Of a stretch of DNA of 64,000 bases, positions 14,286-29,400 are shown piece by piece. Each line of letters begins with the position of its first letter. The stretch's first letter is position 1. Made by a program: the position numbers and the translations under genes. The notes beneath the pieces are model-generated. The model was given only the letters and a program-made list of their open reading frames with translations, ran no database searches and was not told the DNA's origin. This DNA is from Okamejei kenojei (Eukaryota), in the NCBI GenBank assembly GCA_035221665.1, contig CM069133.1, positions 44,826,001 through 44,890,000 on the forward strand. The letters run 5' to 3'.

Positions 14286-17082
14286 GGTGGCATGGTGCCA
14301 ATAGAGTTGCTGCCTTACTTGTAGACAAGGCTGTCCTCTATCACCTTTATTGTTCACGCTAGCTATAGAACCTCTCGCCCAAAGGGTGAGATTACATCCG
14401 GAAATACATGGATATGATACTAAAGATACTAAGAATAAAATCTCGTTATATGCGGACGATGTAATACTTTATATCACTGAACCGGGAAATAAGTATCCGA
14501 AATTTGTTAAAACTAATAACGGAATTTGGATTAATCTCAGGATACAGTATCAATTGGAATAAAAGTGAACTTATGCCAATAACGATGAATAATTTTTACA
14601 GATATTACAACAATTTCCTTCAAGATAACAAATGAAATATTAAATATCTTGGCTTTTTCGTTACAAAAAGATTTGATTCTTTATTTAAATCTAACTTCCC
14701 GTTATTACTGAACAAATTAAATAAGAATATTTCATACTGGAAAGTTACCTATTTCAATGGTTAGGTAAAATCAACGCGATTAAAAATGATTTTTCTCCCA
14801 CAAATTATATATTTATTTCAATTAATTCCGATATATCTCCCTAAAAATTTTTTCAAAAAATTAGACTCCCTAGTTACTAACTTTATCTGGGATTATAAGA
14901 ACCACAGAATAAATAAAAAACACTTATGTAAAGCTAAAATAAATGGGGGATTAGCATTACCAAATTTTATGTTTTATTACTGGCAGTTAATATCAAAAAT
15001 ATGAATTTTTGGCTAGAAGAAATAGATAACAAACCAAACTGGTTAAAAATGGAAAAAAGAAGATTGTTCTCCATTTGAAATTAGTTCTATAATATTTGCT
15101 AACACTAACGTAGCTAAGAAAATTTATAGTGAAAACCCGATAATAGAAAACGGAATCCGCATTTGGAAACAATAAAAGAAAACATTAAAATTAAAATCTA
15201 TACCGTTAGGTCTTACCATTGCCAACAATTTTACATTTAAACCTTCAACGATGGATAAGGCTTTTTTTACAATGGAAAAATAAAGAATTTTAAACATAGG
15301 GGATCTTTATAAGGAAAGCTCTTTTCTTTCATTTCAAGAGTTTACAACAAACTTATGGACTACATAACAATGAATATTTTAGATATTACAAATCAGAAAC
15401 TATATCTCTGCAAATACACAAGAACTTAGAAATAGAAAGACTGAAATTTTAGATGAATGCTTGAATAAACCATCCAAATACAGAAAAAATGATATCATAT
15501 ATTTATAATATTTTATTGGAAAGTGATATCCCATCAACGGAAACACATAGACAGATTTGGGAAAATGAATTAGGTCAAATAATAAGCCCAGAAATATGGG
15601 ACGAAAGCTTACAACACATACATCATGTTCGTTAAATGCTAAACATGCTCTTATACAGTTTAAAATTCTACATAGACTATATTACTCCAAATCTAAATTA
15701 CATCATAAATTTCCAAAATTATCGCCTATATGTGATAAATGTCAAAATCTCAGAAGCAAATTTGTCACATTCATTCACTAATGTAATAAAGATTGTAGAA
15801 TATTGGAACAAAATATTTAAGATAATTTCGAATGTTTATTAATATTACTATGATTTCTGATCCAAAGTTAATAATACTTGGAATACTTGAAACGGACCAA
15901 CTAATTACAATGAACAAAGAATTTTTATCGACTATTGTCTAATAATCGGGAAAAAATTAATACTAAAATTTTGGAAAGGCCTGCATCCCCAACAATTAAA
16001 ATGTGGAATACAGTGAAATGTCGGAGACACTTCACTTGGAGAGATTGAGGCTTGTCCTTATGGATAGGTTAGATCTCTTCAGAGGGATTTGGTCTCCATA
16101 TATTAAATATTTACAGGGTCATAACGGTTCGGCGCGAAGACTTGACTGAGGCCTGAATATCTGAATGGATGAAGAAATATATATAATAAATCATGAATAT
16201 ATCTCCAAGGACGGATTAATGAGTAATATTCTAATCTCCATCAAACTTTCAACACTCCTTTTCTATTTTCTATTTTTTATTTTTTCTATCCTTAATTTGA
16301 GAAAAAGTATAGAAACACATTATATTAAATTCTTAATATTAGTGCAAATATAGATATCATTAGTTGTATGAAAATATTATTAATGTCTTGTATTTTTAAT
16401 TACATAAAATTGTGTAGTTTCAACTATATAATAATTTAGAAATATAAAGTCAATAATAATACAAACACTCTTTTATTATTATGAAAATATAATGAATATT
16501 ATAGAAGTTCGGTTATATTGTGTATTATACAATTATAACATGGGGGACTTATATTTTGAAATCAGAGGAAATATGGATATTATGAGTAGTATGAGTATAT
16601 TGCTAATATTAGGAATGTACTATACACGCTCCCAATTATACAAAATAAATAACCTTGATATGTATAATTGATAATATTACAAATAATATAAACAGTATCA
16701 ATTTATCATTAATATTATATATTTTTTATCGTCGTATAAGAGTGTACTTTGTAATTACTTTGTTTCTATAATAAAAAAAATAAAATAAATTAAAAAAAAA
16801 AAAAGAGTTGCTGCCTTACAGCGCTTGCAGCACCAGAGAACCGGGTTCCATCCCGACTACGTGTGCTGTCTGTATGGAGTTTGTAAGTTCTCCCTGTGAC
16901 CATGTGGATTTTCTCCGAGATCTTCGGTTTCCTCCCACACCCCAAAGACATACAGGTTTGTAGGTTAATTGGCTTGGTGTCAATGTAAATTGTCCCTAGT
17001 GTGTAGGATAGTGTTAACGTGTGGGGATCGCTAGTCGATAAAGACTCATTGGGCCCGTTTCCATGCTGTGTCTTTAAAACTA
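14286..17082 (+). mobile_element. HE1-like V-SINE split by the L1 (head 14286-14318, body 16804-17082)
   Basis: tRNA-like head, B-box-like gggttccatccc, V-domain gtggattttctcc...ggtttcctcccaca, CR1-like tail. Confidence 0.8.
14319..16803 (+). mobile_element. 5'-truncated L1/Tx1-type LINE with poly(A) tail and 16-bp TSD, inserted in a SINE
   Basis: RQGCPLSPLLF, LYADD, GGLALPN and QFKILHRLY motifs; A-tail ~16771-16803. AGAGTTGCTGCCTTAC occurs at 14303-14318 and 16804-16819. Confidence 0.92.
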
Positions 17083-18109
17083 GAAAAAAAGAGCAATGAG
17101 AGGAGGCTTGACACAGCAACATCCTCAGCCGTCCATCTGGGCTGATGGCCCCATTCGACGTGAACCAGAGCAAGGAAATGATCTAATTGGTATCTAATTG
17201 GTTTGACAGGAGAAAAGAGCAGAAATGTAGAACGGGAACTGCGGGTAAACACGGGGACTAAAGTACAACAGAATGAGGAAGGATAAACATTTCCTTCCCC
17301 AAGGGGCAGACATCTGTTTCTTTACAACACTGTGTTAGAATTGAGGATGATGTTGCAGATCCAGCTCAGGTCTCCATCCATAGATAGGAACCAGATCCCA
17401 GAAGGGCCACAGAAAGTGTAGTTGCTCACATAACAGCGTCATGGTCTAGTCAACTGACTTCCAGTTGTATCCTGACTGTGGGTGACCTGAGTCCCTGGGC
17501 TAAAATGTGCAAGAATTAGTTTTCTCAAACTCCAACAGTTAACTGAATGTGCAGGAATCCTGTCCCACCGTCGTGTATTCCAAAGAGCTTTACAAACAAT
17601 GAAGCCACGGTGAAGCACTGTGATTGTGATGTTAGGGAAAGCAGAAACTAGTGCACAAATAACTTTCCACAAACAGCAATGACCAGGCTAGGAAGAATAA
17701 TACCATCTAATCATTGTTCTTGGTAAGCAGCAACCTGGCACATGTCACCAGAAAATTTTGTCCCTGACCTCAGTAAAATCTACGAACACACTAATCCCAC
17801 CTAGGCACCAGAAATCAAGGACTTGTTTTTGTTTCTAATTGTGCTTTGTTCCAATGTATCGTTTTTGCTTTAGTTTGTTTTGATTGTCTTGCAGAATTTG
17901 TGTGATTTTTGTATCATTTGTTTATGTGTCTGAGTATATGTACCTCTCATGCTGCTGCAAGCAAGAATTTCTTTGTACCCGTACCTCACTATACCTGCGC
18001 ATATGTGACAATAAACCATGACAATAAAATGTGAAATTCAGACATTTCTAGTGGTGGGGTGACTGTGAAAATCCCTGCAAAGCAACATATTTTTGATCTG
18101 ATGTGAATG

Positions 18110-19660
18110 TGTCCTTTAGGACTGGACTGGATGTGTCTCCAGGACCGGACAATGTTTCCCTCTCTACTCTCAAGCTCTGTGCCAAACAATTGTGTAGAAA
18201 ATGTTTACACAGACATTTTTAACCAGTACTGTACTGTACTGTACTATCAAAACCCGTACTGTCCCTGCCAGCTTCAAAGCCTCCACCATTGTCCCTGTAC
18301 CCAAAAAGGCAAGGATTAATTGTCTTAATGACTACAGGCCTGTCGCACTGACCTCTGTAGTCATGAAGACCCTTGAAAGGCTTGTGCTGGCCAAGCTGAA
18401 AAAATATCACAAACCCCCTGCTGGATCCGATGCAGTTTGCATATCAGGCCAATAGATCTGTGGATGATGCAGCCAACCTGGGCCTGCACTTCATCCTCCA
18501 GCACCTAGACCGCCAGAGGAACTATGCAGGGATTTTGTTTTTCTGATTTTTGCTCTCTATTCAACACCATTGTTCCAGAGCTACTACACTCCAAACTTTC
18601 CGAGTTGACTGTGCCTGAACCCTTCTGTGAGTGGATCACCAGCTTCCTGACAGACAGGAAGCAGCATGTGAGGCTGGGAAAGCACATCTCGGACCCGCAA
18701 ACCCTCAGCATTGGAGCACTGCAAGGCTGCGTACTCTCCCCTCTCCTCCACTCTCTCTACACCAATGACTGCACCTCCATAGACCTCTGTCAACCCTGAT
18801 TGGACTGATCCAGGATGGGAAGGAATCTGCCTACAGACAGGAAGTGTCACAGCTGGCATCCTGGTGCCAATGCAATAATTTGGAGCTCAATGCTCTTAAG
18901 ACAGTGGAATTGATTGTAGACTTTAGGCGAGCTCCTCCTCCCCTCACCCCACTCACCATCAACAACACCACAGTCACATCTGTGGAGTCTTTTAAGTTCC
19001 TTGAACCATCATCTCCAAGGACCTTAAGTGGGGGGCTACTATCAACTCCACAGTCAAAAAGGCACAACAGAGAATGTACTTCCTACGTCAGCTGAGGAAG
19101 CACAATCTGCCACAGGCAATGATGGTCCAATTCTATACGGCCATTGTAGAGTATGTCCTCACCTTCTCCATCATGGTCTGGTTTGGCTCAGCCACCAAGC
19201 ACAACACCCGGAGGCTGCAGCGAATCATCTGATCAGCAGAGAAGGTTATTGGCTGCAACCTTCCCTCCATTCACAAACTGTACACTGCAAGGGCCAGGAA
19301 GCGAGCGGGCAAGAACATCTCTAACCCCTCTCACCCTGGCCACAAACTCTTTGAATCACTTCCCTCTGGAAGGCGACTCTGGACTGTCAAAGCTGCCACA
19401 GCCAGACATAAACACAGGTTATTTTCCGCGAGTAGTAGCTCTACTCAATAACCAACAATCTACAGCCTCCTTTTGCTCTGGTATTTTGTTTGGTTCACAT
19501 GTTTGATCAATGGTATTTTATTATTAATGTTTAGTGTTTTATGTGTCATTCGTAACTGTGACTGTATGTCATGTTGTCACTTGTGGGCAAAGCACCAAGG
19601 CAAATTCCTTGTATGTGAATACCTGGCCAATAAACGTATTTATTCATTCAATCATTCATT
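18110..19660 (+). mobile_element. Rex1/Babar LINE, 5'-truncated, degenerate RT
   Basis: [35 protein letters not shown] and KTVELIVDFRR motifs; aataaa followed by an (attc)n tail. Confidence 0.88.
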
Positions 19661-19974
19661 CCTTAACAATTATGCACGGTATCACATATCAAATATTTGG
19701 TGATGCATTGAGGGATGATGCAGGGTCTTGACCTGAAACGTCACCATCCCTCTGCCTCCACAGATACAACATAACGTGTTGAGGACATCCTGCAATTTGT
19801 TTTCCTGCATGTCAAATGTTTGTTCAAATGAGGTACTACTGTATTTAACAAGAACCTGATTACTATCAGGTATGGTTTCTTACATTTGTGACAAATGTAT
19901 CCATGGCGTAATCAAAGCTATGAAATTATAAAAAAAACTTGATAACATATAATTTCATCATCACCCAGCACAAA

Positions 19975-20402
19975 TGCATTTTGCAATCCTTTTCATATTT
20001 TGCTTCAGGTTATGAACAAGGAACAATCTTTCTTCTTCCTCCTGGTCAACTTTCTGAGAATTCTGCAAACTCTTTCTAATCAAGATATGTGAAGTGCGGT
20101 GTGGACTTGAAATGTTGCTGGTGCATTTTGCAATGCACCACAGATGGCTCAGCAGAGAGAGGGTGAAGCTCTTGTTGCTGCTGTCAGTTCCACTCAGATT
20201 CTGCAAAGACAAGGACTGGTTGATTGAAATGCAAAGTGGACTTGTCCATTTGAAGCTGTCTGACAATTCTTGCAGTCTTGAGCTCTTTTACACTCTATGT
20301 TAACTGTAAAATTCAGAAAACTACAGGAAACAGCAAGGAGTCTCGGTTCTACTCAGCCAGTGGAAAGACATACGGCATTTGAAAGCTCAACGAGAGAAGA
20401 GA
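19975..20402 (+). promoter_or_regulatory. Candidate proximal promoter of the Siglec-like gene with leukocyte-type motifs
   Basis: Non-repetitive DNA before the ATG. It contains GAS TTCTGAGAA (20052-20060), PU.1/ETS CTTCCTC (~20034) and CAGGAAA (~20324), RUNX TGCGGT (~20095) and C/EBP-like TTGCAAT (~19981, ~20128). These are motif matches only. Confidence 0.4.
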
Positions 20403-20451
20403 ATGCTGTTTATTTTGCTTTGTGTCTTTGCACTGCCTGTCACCGCTGATC
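20403..20451 (+). CDS. Exon 1: signal peptide [16 protein letters not shown]
   Basis: ATG in context AGAATGC, hydrophobic leader, perfect donor C|GTAAGT in phase 1 that matches the exon 2 acceptor. Confidence 0.8.
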
Positions 20452-23400
20452 GTAAGTATCCTTTTTTTAAAAATATATTTATTAGAAGTACATTACATTT
20501 TAATGGTACCTTTTTACAGGTTCCCAGAATTATTAAAACATTATTTGTACAACTTCCTTTTTTTTTAAAAACATTTTTTTTAGAAAGAAATGAGAAAGAA
20601 AGAAGTAGTGAAGTGTGAAGAATAGACTAGTGAGTGTAGAGTGAAGAAAGAAATGTGAGAAAGTAAAGCAGAAAGGAGATTCTCCCAAGCAACCCAACAA
20701 TGTTATTTTTTTAATATTCTTAATCAATTCAGTCAAAACCAGAATTTTTTATTTTATGATGATATTACACCCCATGATTCCACGAGGTCAATAAATGGAG
20801 ACCAACTCATTAAGAATTGGTCTTTTTTTTCTATTAGGAGGAGTCTCATTTCTTCCAAATGTGCCGTTTCCAACATATTACCAATCCACATTTTGAGTGT
20901 TGGTATAGTAGCCTTTTTCCAAAATTTAAGTATGAGTTTTTTCGCTATTATTAAACCATAATTAAAAAATGATATTTGGGATATATTTAATGTATTTACA
21001 TCTCCAAAGATAATCATTTCCATGCTAGGTTCCATTTTATCTTAAATAAACTAGTGAATATATCAAAATATATCACACCAAAACTTTGAAGTTTTATGCA
21101 AGAAATGAAAGAGTGTGTAAGATTGGCATTTTGAGAAAGACATTTATCATAAATTGGTGAGATATTTGAATAAAATTTATTCAACCTAACTTTTGAATAA
21201 TATAGTCTGTGTAATATTTTAAATTGAATTAAATTATGTTTGGAGTTAATCGAACATTTATGTAGATATATCAAATACCTCTCCCATGTTTCTTTAGAAA
21301 TTTTTATCATCAAATCTTTTTTCCAGTCTTCTCTAATTGCCTCTGTTGAAGGCAATTCTCTATTAAGAATACTATTATATAGATATGATATTAATTTTTG
21401 TGAGTCCGCCTTAATATTCATTGCTTCTTCCAGTGGGTCTATCGTTATATTCTGTAATCTTGGTATATATTTTTTTATAAAGTCACATATCTGTAAATAT
21501 TTAAAGTATTGGTTATTATTCAAATTAAATTTTGATTTTAATTGTTGAAATGATAATAAATTTGCCATTTCATACATGTCACCCAACTTTTTAATTCCCA
21601 GTCTTTCCCATTGTCAATATGTTTTATCCATAATAGATGGTTTAAATACCGGGTTATTCACTATTGGTGTTAATGAAGATAAGTTTCTTAATTTTAAGTT
21701 TAACTTTATTTGTTTCCAAATTCGAATTATATCGTGTATAATTGGATTCTTCTTATATAATATATTATTCAATTTTATCGGGGAGAAGAGAATCGCTCCT
21801 AAATCATAAGGGAAACAATCCTCTTTTTCCATTCTTATCCATTCCATCTGTTGAGAAGAACAATCCAACTAATAAATAATATTCTTAATATGCACTGCCT
21901 AATAATAATATTAAAAATTAGGCAGTGCAAGTCCCCCTACATATTTAGGTTTACATAAATGATTTATTTTAATTCTATGTGCTTTGTAGTCCCCATATAA
22001 AATTCGTAATATTAGACTCTAGTATAAAAAATATATATTTTGGTATATATATTGGTGTGGATTTAAATAAATATAAATATTTGTGGTAGCACTATCAGTT
22101 TTATAGCATTTATTCTGCCAATTAATGATAGTGATAGCGTTTTCCAAAATGTAATCAAAGTGTTCAATTTATTTAACAGAGGACTAAAATTAGCATTAAA
22201 TAATGATTTATATCTTCTGGTAACTTGAATACCTAAATACATACATTTTTCCGTTGCAATTTTAAATGGAAATTTTAATAGATGATTCGCTTTCTGAGGA
22301 TGTAATGACATAATTTCACTTTTATTCCAATTTATTCTATATCCAGAAAAGGAACCAAATTCCTCTATTACATTTAATATGTTCGGGATACTCGTTTCTG
22401 AATTTCTAATATATAAAGGTATATCATCCGCGTATAATGAAATTTTATTATTAGAGTCCTTAGAATATATCCCTGAATATTCGGATGAGTTCTTATCCTT
22501 TCAGCCAATGGCTCTATCATAAGGGCAAATAGCAGGGGTGATAAAACACATCCCTGCATATTGCCCCGTGATAGTTGAAATTTTTGAGACAAACGTATTA
22601 TTAGTTAATATTCTTGCTGTTGGTTTATTGTATAATAATTTTACCCATCTAATAAAATTATCTCCCATATTAAATTTTTTGGAGTACTATGTATAAATAC
22701 TGCCACACTACCTGATCAAATGCTTTTTCTGCGTCCAAAGATATAACTGATAAGTCTTCCTTTTCCCCTTTATGTGAATACATTATATTATAAAGTCATC
22801 TCAAATTGTTAAATGATTGTCTTTTGGGTATAGAAACATAGAAACATAGAAATTTAGGTGCAGGAGCAGGCCATTTGGCCCTTCGAGCCTGCACTGCCAT
22901 TCAATATGATCATGGCTGATCATCCAACTCAGTATCCTGTACCTGCCTTCTCTCCATACCCCCTGATCCCTTCAGCCACAAGGGCCACATCCAACTCCCT
23001 CTTAAATATGGCCAACGAACTGGCCTCAACTACCTTCTGTGGCAGAGAATTCCACAGATTCACCACTCTCTGTGTGAAAAAACGATTTTTCTCATCTCAG
23101 TCCTAAAAGACTTCCACCTTATCCTTAAACTGTGACCCCTTGTCCTGGACTTCCCCAACATCGGGAACAATCTTCCTGCATCTAGCCTGTCCAACCCCTT
23201 AAGAATTTTGTAAGTCTCTATGAGATCACCCCTCAATCTTCTAAATTCCAGCGAGTACAAGCCAAGTCTATCCAGTCTTTCTTCATATGGAAGTCGTGCC
23301 ATCCCAGGAATCAGTCTGGTGAACCTTCTGTGTACTCCCTCTATGGCAAGAATGTCTTTCCTCAGATTAGGTGACCAAAAACTGTACGCAATACTCCAGG

Positions 23401-26400
23401 TGTGGCCTCACCAAGACCCTGTACAACTGCAGTAGTACCTCCCTGCTCTTGTACTCAAATCCTTTTGCTATGAATGCCAACATACCATTCGCTTTCTTCA
23501 CAGCCTGCTGCACCTGCATGCCTACTTTCAATGACTGGTGTACCATGACACCCAGGTCTCACTGCATCTCCCCTTTTTCTAATCGTTCACCATTCAAATA
23601 ATAGTCTACCTTCCTGTTTTTTGCCACCAAAGTGGATAACCTAACATTTATCCACATTATACTGCATCTGCCATGCATTTGCCCACTCACCCAGTCTATC
23701 CAAGTCATCCTGCAGCCTCCTAGCATCCTCCTCACAGCTATAAACCCCGTTTGGTCCTGGTTTATCTATTTATTAATATATTTGCTCAATCTTCTTGCTA
23801 AAATCTTTGCTAAAATTTTTTGGTCTGTATTTAAAAGTGATATAGCTCTATACGAGCCCGGATCTTCTAGATCTTTATCTTTTTTTTGGTATAAGGATAA
23901 TTGTAGATTCTGCTAAAGTTTCTGGTAATTTCTTATCGGTAAAAGCATACCTGTATAATTTAAGTAATCGTGGGACCATTAACTCCTGAAATCTTTTATA
24001 AAATTAATTATTAAAACCATCAGGCCCTGGAGTCTTCCCATTTTTCAATTCTTTTATTGTTTCTCTTATTTCTTCACTTGTAATCTGGGCTCCTAATTCC
24101 TCTTGTTCTACGATATCCAATTTTGGCAAGTTACACTTATCTTACTATCTTATAATTTTATTGTCTTCAATGTTAGTTTTATATGTATATAAATTTTGAT
24201 AAAATTGAGCAAACCTTTTGTTAATATCCTTAGGTAAAGTTAATAGTTCCCCGTTCTCTGATTTGATTTTACTAATTGTTTTTTCCTTTTCTTGTTCCTT
24301 CAATTGTCGTGCTAGAGGTTTATGTGGTTTATCCCCAAATACAAATTGTACTTGTTTTGTGATCTGAAATAATCTTATTGCTCTTGCCGATAATATTCAA
24401 TTAAGTTTAAATTTCAGTAATGTGATCTTATTATGTTTATCTATGTTTGGGTCTTTTGTGTTTCCTAATTCTAATAATTTAATTTCCTTTTCTAACGTCC
24501 CTTGTTCTGTCCTGTTTTTTTTATTTAGAAAACTTTGATACGAAATTATAACTCCACAAATAAATGCCTTAAAAGATTCCCATAATAGAGATGTTGAAAT
24601 CCCTGGAGTCTCATTTATTTTAAAAAAATGTTCATTTGTTGTTTTAAATACTCGTAACCTTGTGAGTCATTAGCTATTTGTGTGTTAAATCTCCAAAAAA
24701 CGTGTGTACCTGGCATACACTTAAAGTGAAAGTCAGCGGGGGAGTGATCAGATTATAATACTGTTGTGGTATTTAGGATTAATCGTGTATGGTATTAGTT
24801 TTGAGTCCACTAAAAAATAATCAATTTTTGAATAAGTTTTGTGTACTGATGAGTAAACGAATATTCCCTTCCAGTTGGGTTAGTTATTCTCCATAAATCT
24901 ATTATATTAGTGTTTTTTATATGTGTTTAAGAATTCACTAGACTTGGATTTAGCACTACCCTTCCTAAATTTTGTTGATTTGTCTAAGTATGGATCTATA
25001 ACACAATTAAAGTCCCCCCCTAGTATTACATTTTGAAAATTGTACTCATCTATTTGATCCATAATTTTCTTAAAAAATTGGGGATTATCAAAGTTTGGAG
25101 CGTAAATATTTATCAGAGTCAGTGGAGTGCAATACATTTCTCCTGCCACTATCGTGTATCTTCCTTCTTTATCAGATATTGTATTCTTTAATATAAACGA
25201 TATACCTTTCCGAATAATAAAAGCCGTTCCTCTGGCTTTAGCAGTAAATGACGAATGATACATTTGGCCTATCCAGTTTGCCCTAAATCTCATCTGTGTT
25301 TGTAGTTTCATATGCGTTTCTTGCAGAAACGCTATATCCACCTTCAAAGATTTTAAATGGGCCATAATCTTGCCCCGTTTAATTGGATCATTCGCACCCC
25401 TAAAATTTCAACTACAAAATGTGACTCCTCCATTCTTATTTTCCTTATTGTCCTGCATTATAAATAGGTTTTAATAATTTTACTTCATGTGGTGTAATTA
25501 GGTTCCTCAGACTTTTGGGTATGTGGGTATCATCCCACACTTCTGATGTTATTTTACCTCTCCTCCGTATATTGAACCTCTGTAATAAAAAGAGAAAGGT
25601 GTGTTGAAAAATAGTGATGAAAAAAAGAAAAATAGTTAATTGAGCCACATAAGAGTAAATGCAACAACAACAACAACAAAACTCTTGATTTTAAGGTATC
25701 AAAAAGGTGATACCCTAAATACAAGAAGCCATCTATGATGACTAAAAATTGATTGACCTCCGTAGATGGAATTATACATTGAGTTCAGCCACCTAAATAC
25801 ATTGGGATTTACAACTACATGCCGTTTCATCCAAATATATCTTAATATGTCTTAATATATCTAAGGAAAAAAAAAAAAAAGGTCATCCTTAATGTTTCTC
25901 TTTTCTACCCCGATTTTAAACCTTCTATATTACTTGCTCGGTATCCCCGAGTCCTAGAATTAAAAAACATGAGAACACCTGCCCTGTCCCTGTCCAAATA
26001 TACAGTATTCATTAGTACCTTAATTACCAGCCTGTTTCAAGGGTTGCATTTCTTATCTTAAATAGTAAGATTAAATAAGAAATACCAGTTTGAAGTTTGA
26101 TATTTATTTTATGAGGAGTTACGATGAGGGATTACGTGAAGACCCCGCCAGGACGCATGCGCGACATTCTTCAAAGCAGTAGTGTGAAATCACAGATACC
26201 AGAGTAGACTAATATAGTAAGATAAGAGAGAACTTCCATACCATTGAACTTTTATAATAGAGGGTTTTGGGAGCGGAGGGCACGTAATCCCTCATCGTAA
26301 CTCCTCATAAAATAAAGATCAAACTTCAAACTGGTAAGTTCTCATTTAATCTTACTATTTTACTTTGGAGTCACGTGAGTGACTACGTGAAGATTTCAAA

Positions 26401-29400
26401 GCTCTGTGATTTCATGCCCTGGAACGAGACCATGCTCACACACTGCCATTCTGGGACGGAGGATGAACGTATTTCACACACGACACTGTGCTGAAAAACA
26501 ATAAAGGTATTATTCATACCTAAAATAATATGCCCCACATTGGGTAATTTATTTTACAGAACTTAATTTTTCCCTGCAAACGTCTCAGGATCGGCCACGG
26601 GTTTTATTATAAAGCATGAATGCGTTCATTGCTCCACCACCCCGCTGTGGCAAGGATGTGGTCAATAGGAACTCCCATCATCCTAGCGTCCGATGTAGAT
26701 GCAGCCCTGTTGGAGTGAGATTTGAAACATTAGTATTCACCACTGCACGTAATACCACCAGAAACATCTGGATATGGTTTGCACTGTGACCTTAGGCGAG
26801 GGCATTTATGGCTAATGAGAAAGCTCTCTCCGTGCCCAAAAGTGTCTTGGTGACTATATATTGGAAAGTATGTGTCACTATGCAGGGCCGACTATCTGCA
26901 GGATAGGCCAGAACTCTAATATTGGCCAAAGGAACCGGTCAGTCTAGTTTAAGTACCCCCTGTATGTAGCAGGTTATGTGCCATTTGTGACAGACATGAC
27001 ATCCTATTCTAGCTTGTGTAAGGACTGGACCCGTTGTGCTGATCCAAGTGCCATAATCATTCCCATCTAGGATATTAGTTTGTCCAGAGTGAGCCCCGAT
27101 ATTGGTGTCCATCCTCGTAACATGGTGTACTACCTATGTCCCATATATGGGTGTATCTGGGCCTGGGGGGAATAGAGTACAAATACCCCTCATTCGTTTA
27201 GGTACTAGTGGGTGTGATCCTATAGCCAGGTGATCACTCCCTCTGCCCAGATATTAGATAGGGCACTCCTTGCACAATAATGGCACTGTAACTCAAACCT
27301 TCATCGAAATGAAGGGTGGCCAGAAACTCCAGCACTTCAGTGTTGGTGTCTGAGTCATATGTAGTGTTCGTCCTGGTGCAGAACACTTCCCATTTCCTGA
27401 CATATGTCAGGTACTGTCTTCTCGTGGACTCCCTGCACGACGCTGAGATGGCATTGATCGTCCTGTCGGAGAGTCCGTATGCCAGAAATGGCCTGTTCAG
27501 AAACTGCAAATCAACAAGTTCATACAGTCATGGCACGGATACTTTCCCGCACGGGGTGTGCCAACCTCCTTGGCCGTTGTTGATCCAGATGCAGGGTTCT
27601 GAGACCATCTTTGTACTGTTGGGAACCATGGTACCCGTTGCGGCGTCTTGTTTAATTATTGTAAGACTCGCCTGATGAGGCAGAAGGGGAAAAATGCATA
27701 GCAAAACAAATCCCCCCCCCCCCCCCCAATGCAGCGAGAAATCGTCCATCGCTGCTGCCCCTGGGTCTGGTTCCCAAGCAACATATGTTGGTAGTTGGTG
27801 AATTAGTCCGGATGGAAAAAAGGTCGATATCTGGTGTCCCATACCGGTCTATAATATCTGTAAACACTTTCCGATCCAACATCCATTTAATGTTGTCGTT
27901 GAATTTACGTGACCTGATGTCTGCCACTGTATTTAGCTTACCTGGAAGGTAAGTGGTTGAGATCCAAATCTCTCTCCCAGACACCAGTGCCAGATATTAT
28001 TAGGCAATTCATCACATGATATCAACTTTATTTCACCCATATGATTATATATAGGCCCCCAGTGTGGTATCAATCTGTACCGTACATGCAACTGGTGCTC
28101 ATCTGAGCAGTAGACCCTGAGTCCATGAAACGCTCCCAGCATTTCTAGATAATTAATTCCTAGTGCTTTAAACAGAATAATTTTTGTGCACTCATCTGCC
28201 ACCACAACTTGCGGTGGTAATAGTTGCTCCCCAACCTTTAGCACTGGCATCAGTCTGTAATGTACCCTAGGGATATAGAATGGGGTGATGGGGTTAGGAT
28301 AATATGGAACATTTCTATCCACCAGTTTAATTCTAATTACTTTCCCTGGTAGTTGCATAGGCCTATTGAAATGGCCTGTATGATTTTTGAGAGCTAAAAT
28401 TTCCCTCTTCCAGGTTTTAATAATGGAGTGGTCCAATTGTGCTGCTGGGAACGCAGCCACCAATTCCCAATCACTCTTGCTCCTTGCCGAATGGATGGTT
28501 CCCTGATGCCAGTGAGGCTTTTGCATACTCCCATCAAGTCTGTCACTTTGTTTGGTGGCAAGGTGATAGACATATGAACAGAGTCAATAGTGAACCCCAA
28601 ATAATCCATGGTAGTGGAGGGTTCCAATTTTGATTTATCTGGATGTACGTTAAACCTCTCTGTTGTGGCTGATACCACCAATGTAGCCAGCTCCAATTTT
28701 CACCTACAATGAGAATATCATCAAGGTAAGCCATGACGATATGGTTATGTTTCTTTAAGTATGCTAAAGCTGGTTTTAATAAATTTGTAATAGCCTGGGT
28801 GCTGATGACAACCCATTGGATAAGGCATACTGCCATTGCTGTCCCATCCAGATAAATTTCAGGTATTTACGATGACCCTGTGTGTGACAAACGTGTCTAT
28901 TTTGAAATGGCATACTGAACGGAAGTATTTAGTTCGGTCAAATCTGTAATGATACGGCAACCACCATCTTTTTAGTTTTTTATAAATATATTTGATACGA
29001 ACTCTTGAAATTCTCTGATTGTTTTCTCAATCCCTTTTGTGTTTAGTCTTAACAGTTCAGCATGGCCTGCTGTTCTCTCTTTTTGTGAAGCATGAACTTC
29101 CTGCTAGGCGTATGCTGAACTGGGGACGGTAGTTCGTATACAAATTCAATTTTGTAATTCTGAATACTTCCGAGTATGTAAAAGTTCAGAGGTAAAAGTG
29201 CAGCACACATGATGAAACAAGTGCAACCGTCCCCCAACTTTAATGAATCGGACATGCAATGTTTTTTAAGACAACCAGACCCACCTACCTCCATGGTTGT
29301 GTGGTGTGGGTTCTCTCCGCAGTTGTTTCTTCTGGTATTGTGTTGCTGCGTTGTGGGGTTGGCGCGTTTTCCATGAAGGCCGGGCTGGGCCATGGTCTGA

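Noticed and set aside
16804-16870. tRNA gene
   Set aside because: tRNA-derived SINE head that continues into a SINE body and LINE-like tail; no full cloverleaf.
26061-26395. Long hairpin as a miRNA or ncRNA gene or terminator
   Set aside because: Fully explained by the DIRS1 terminal repeat and ICR.
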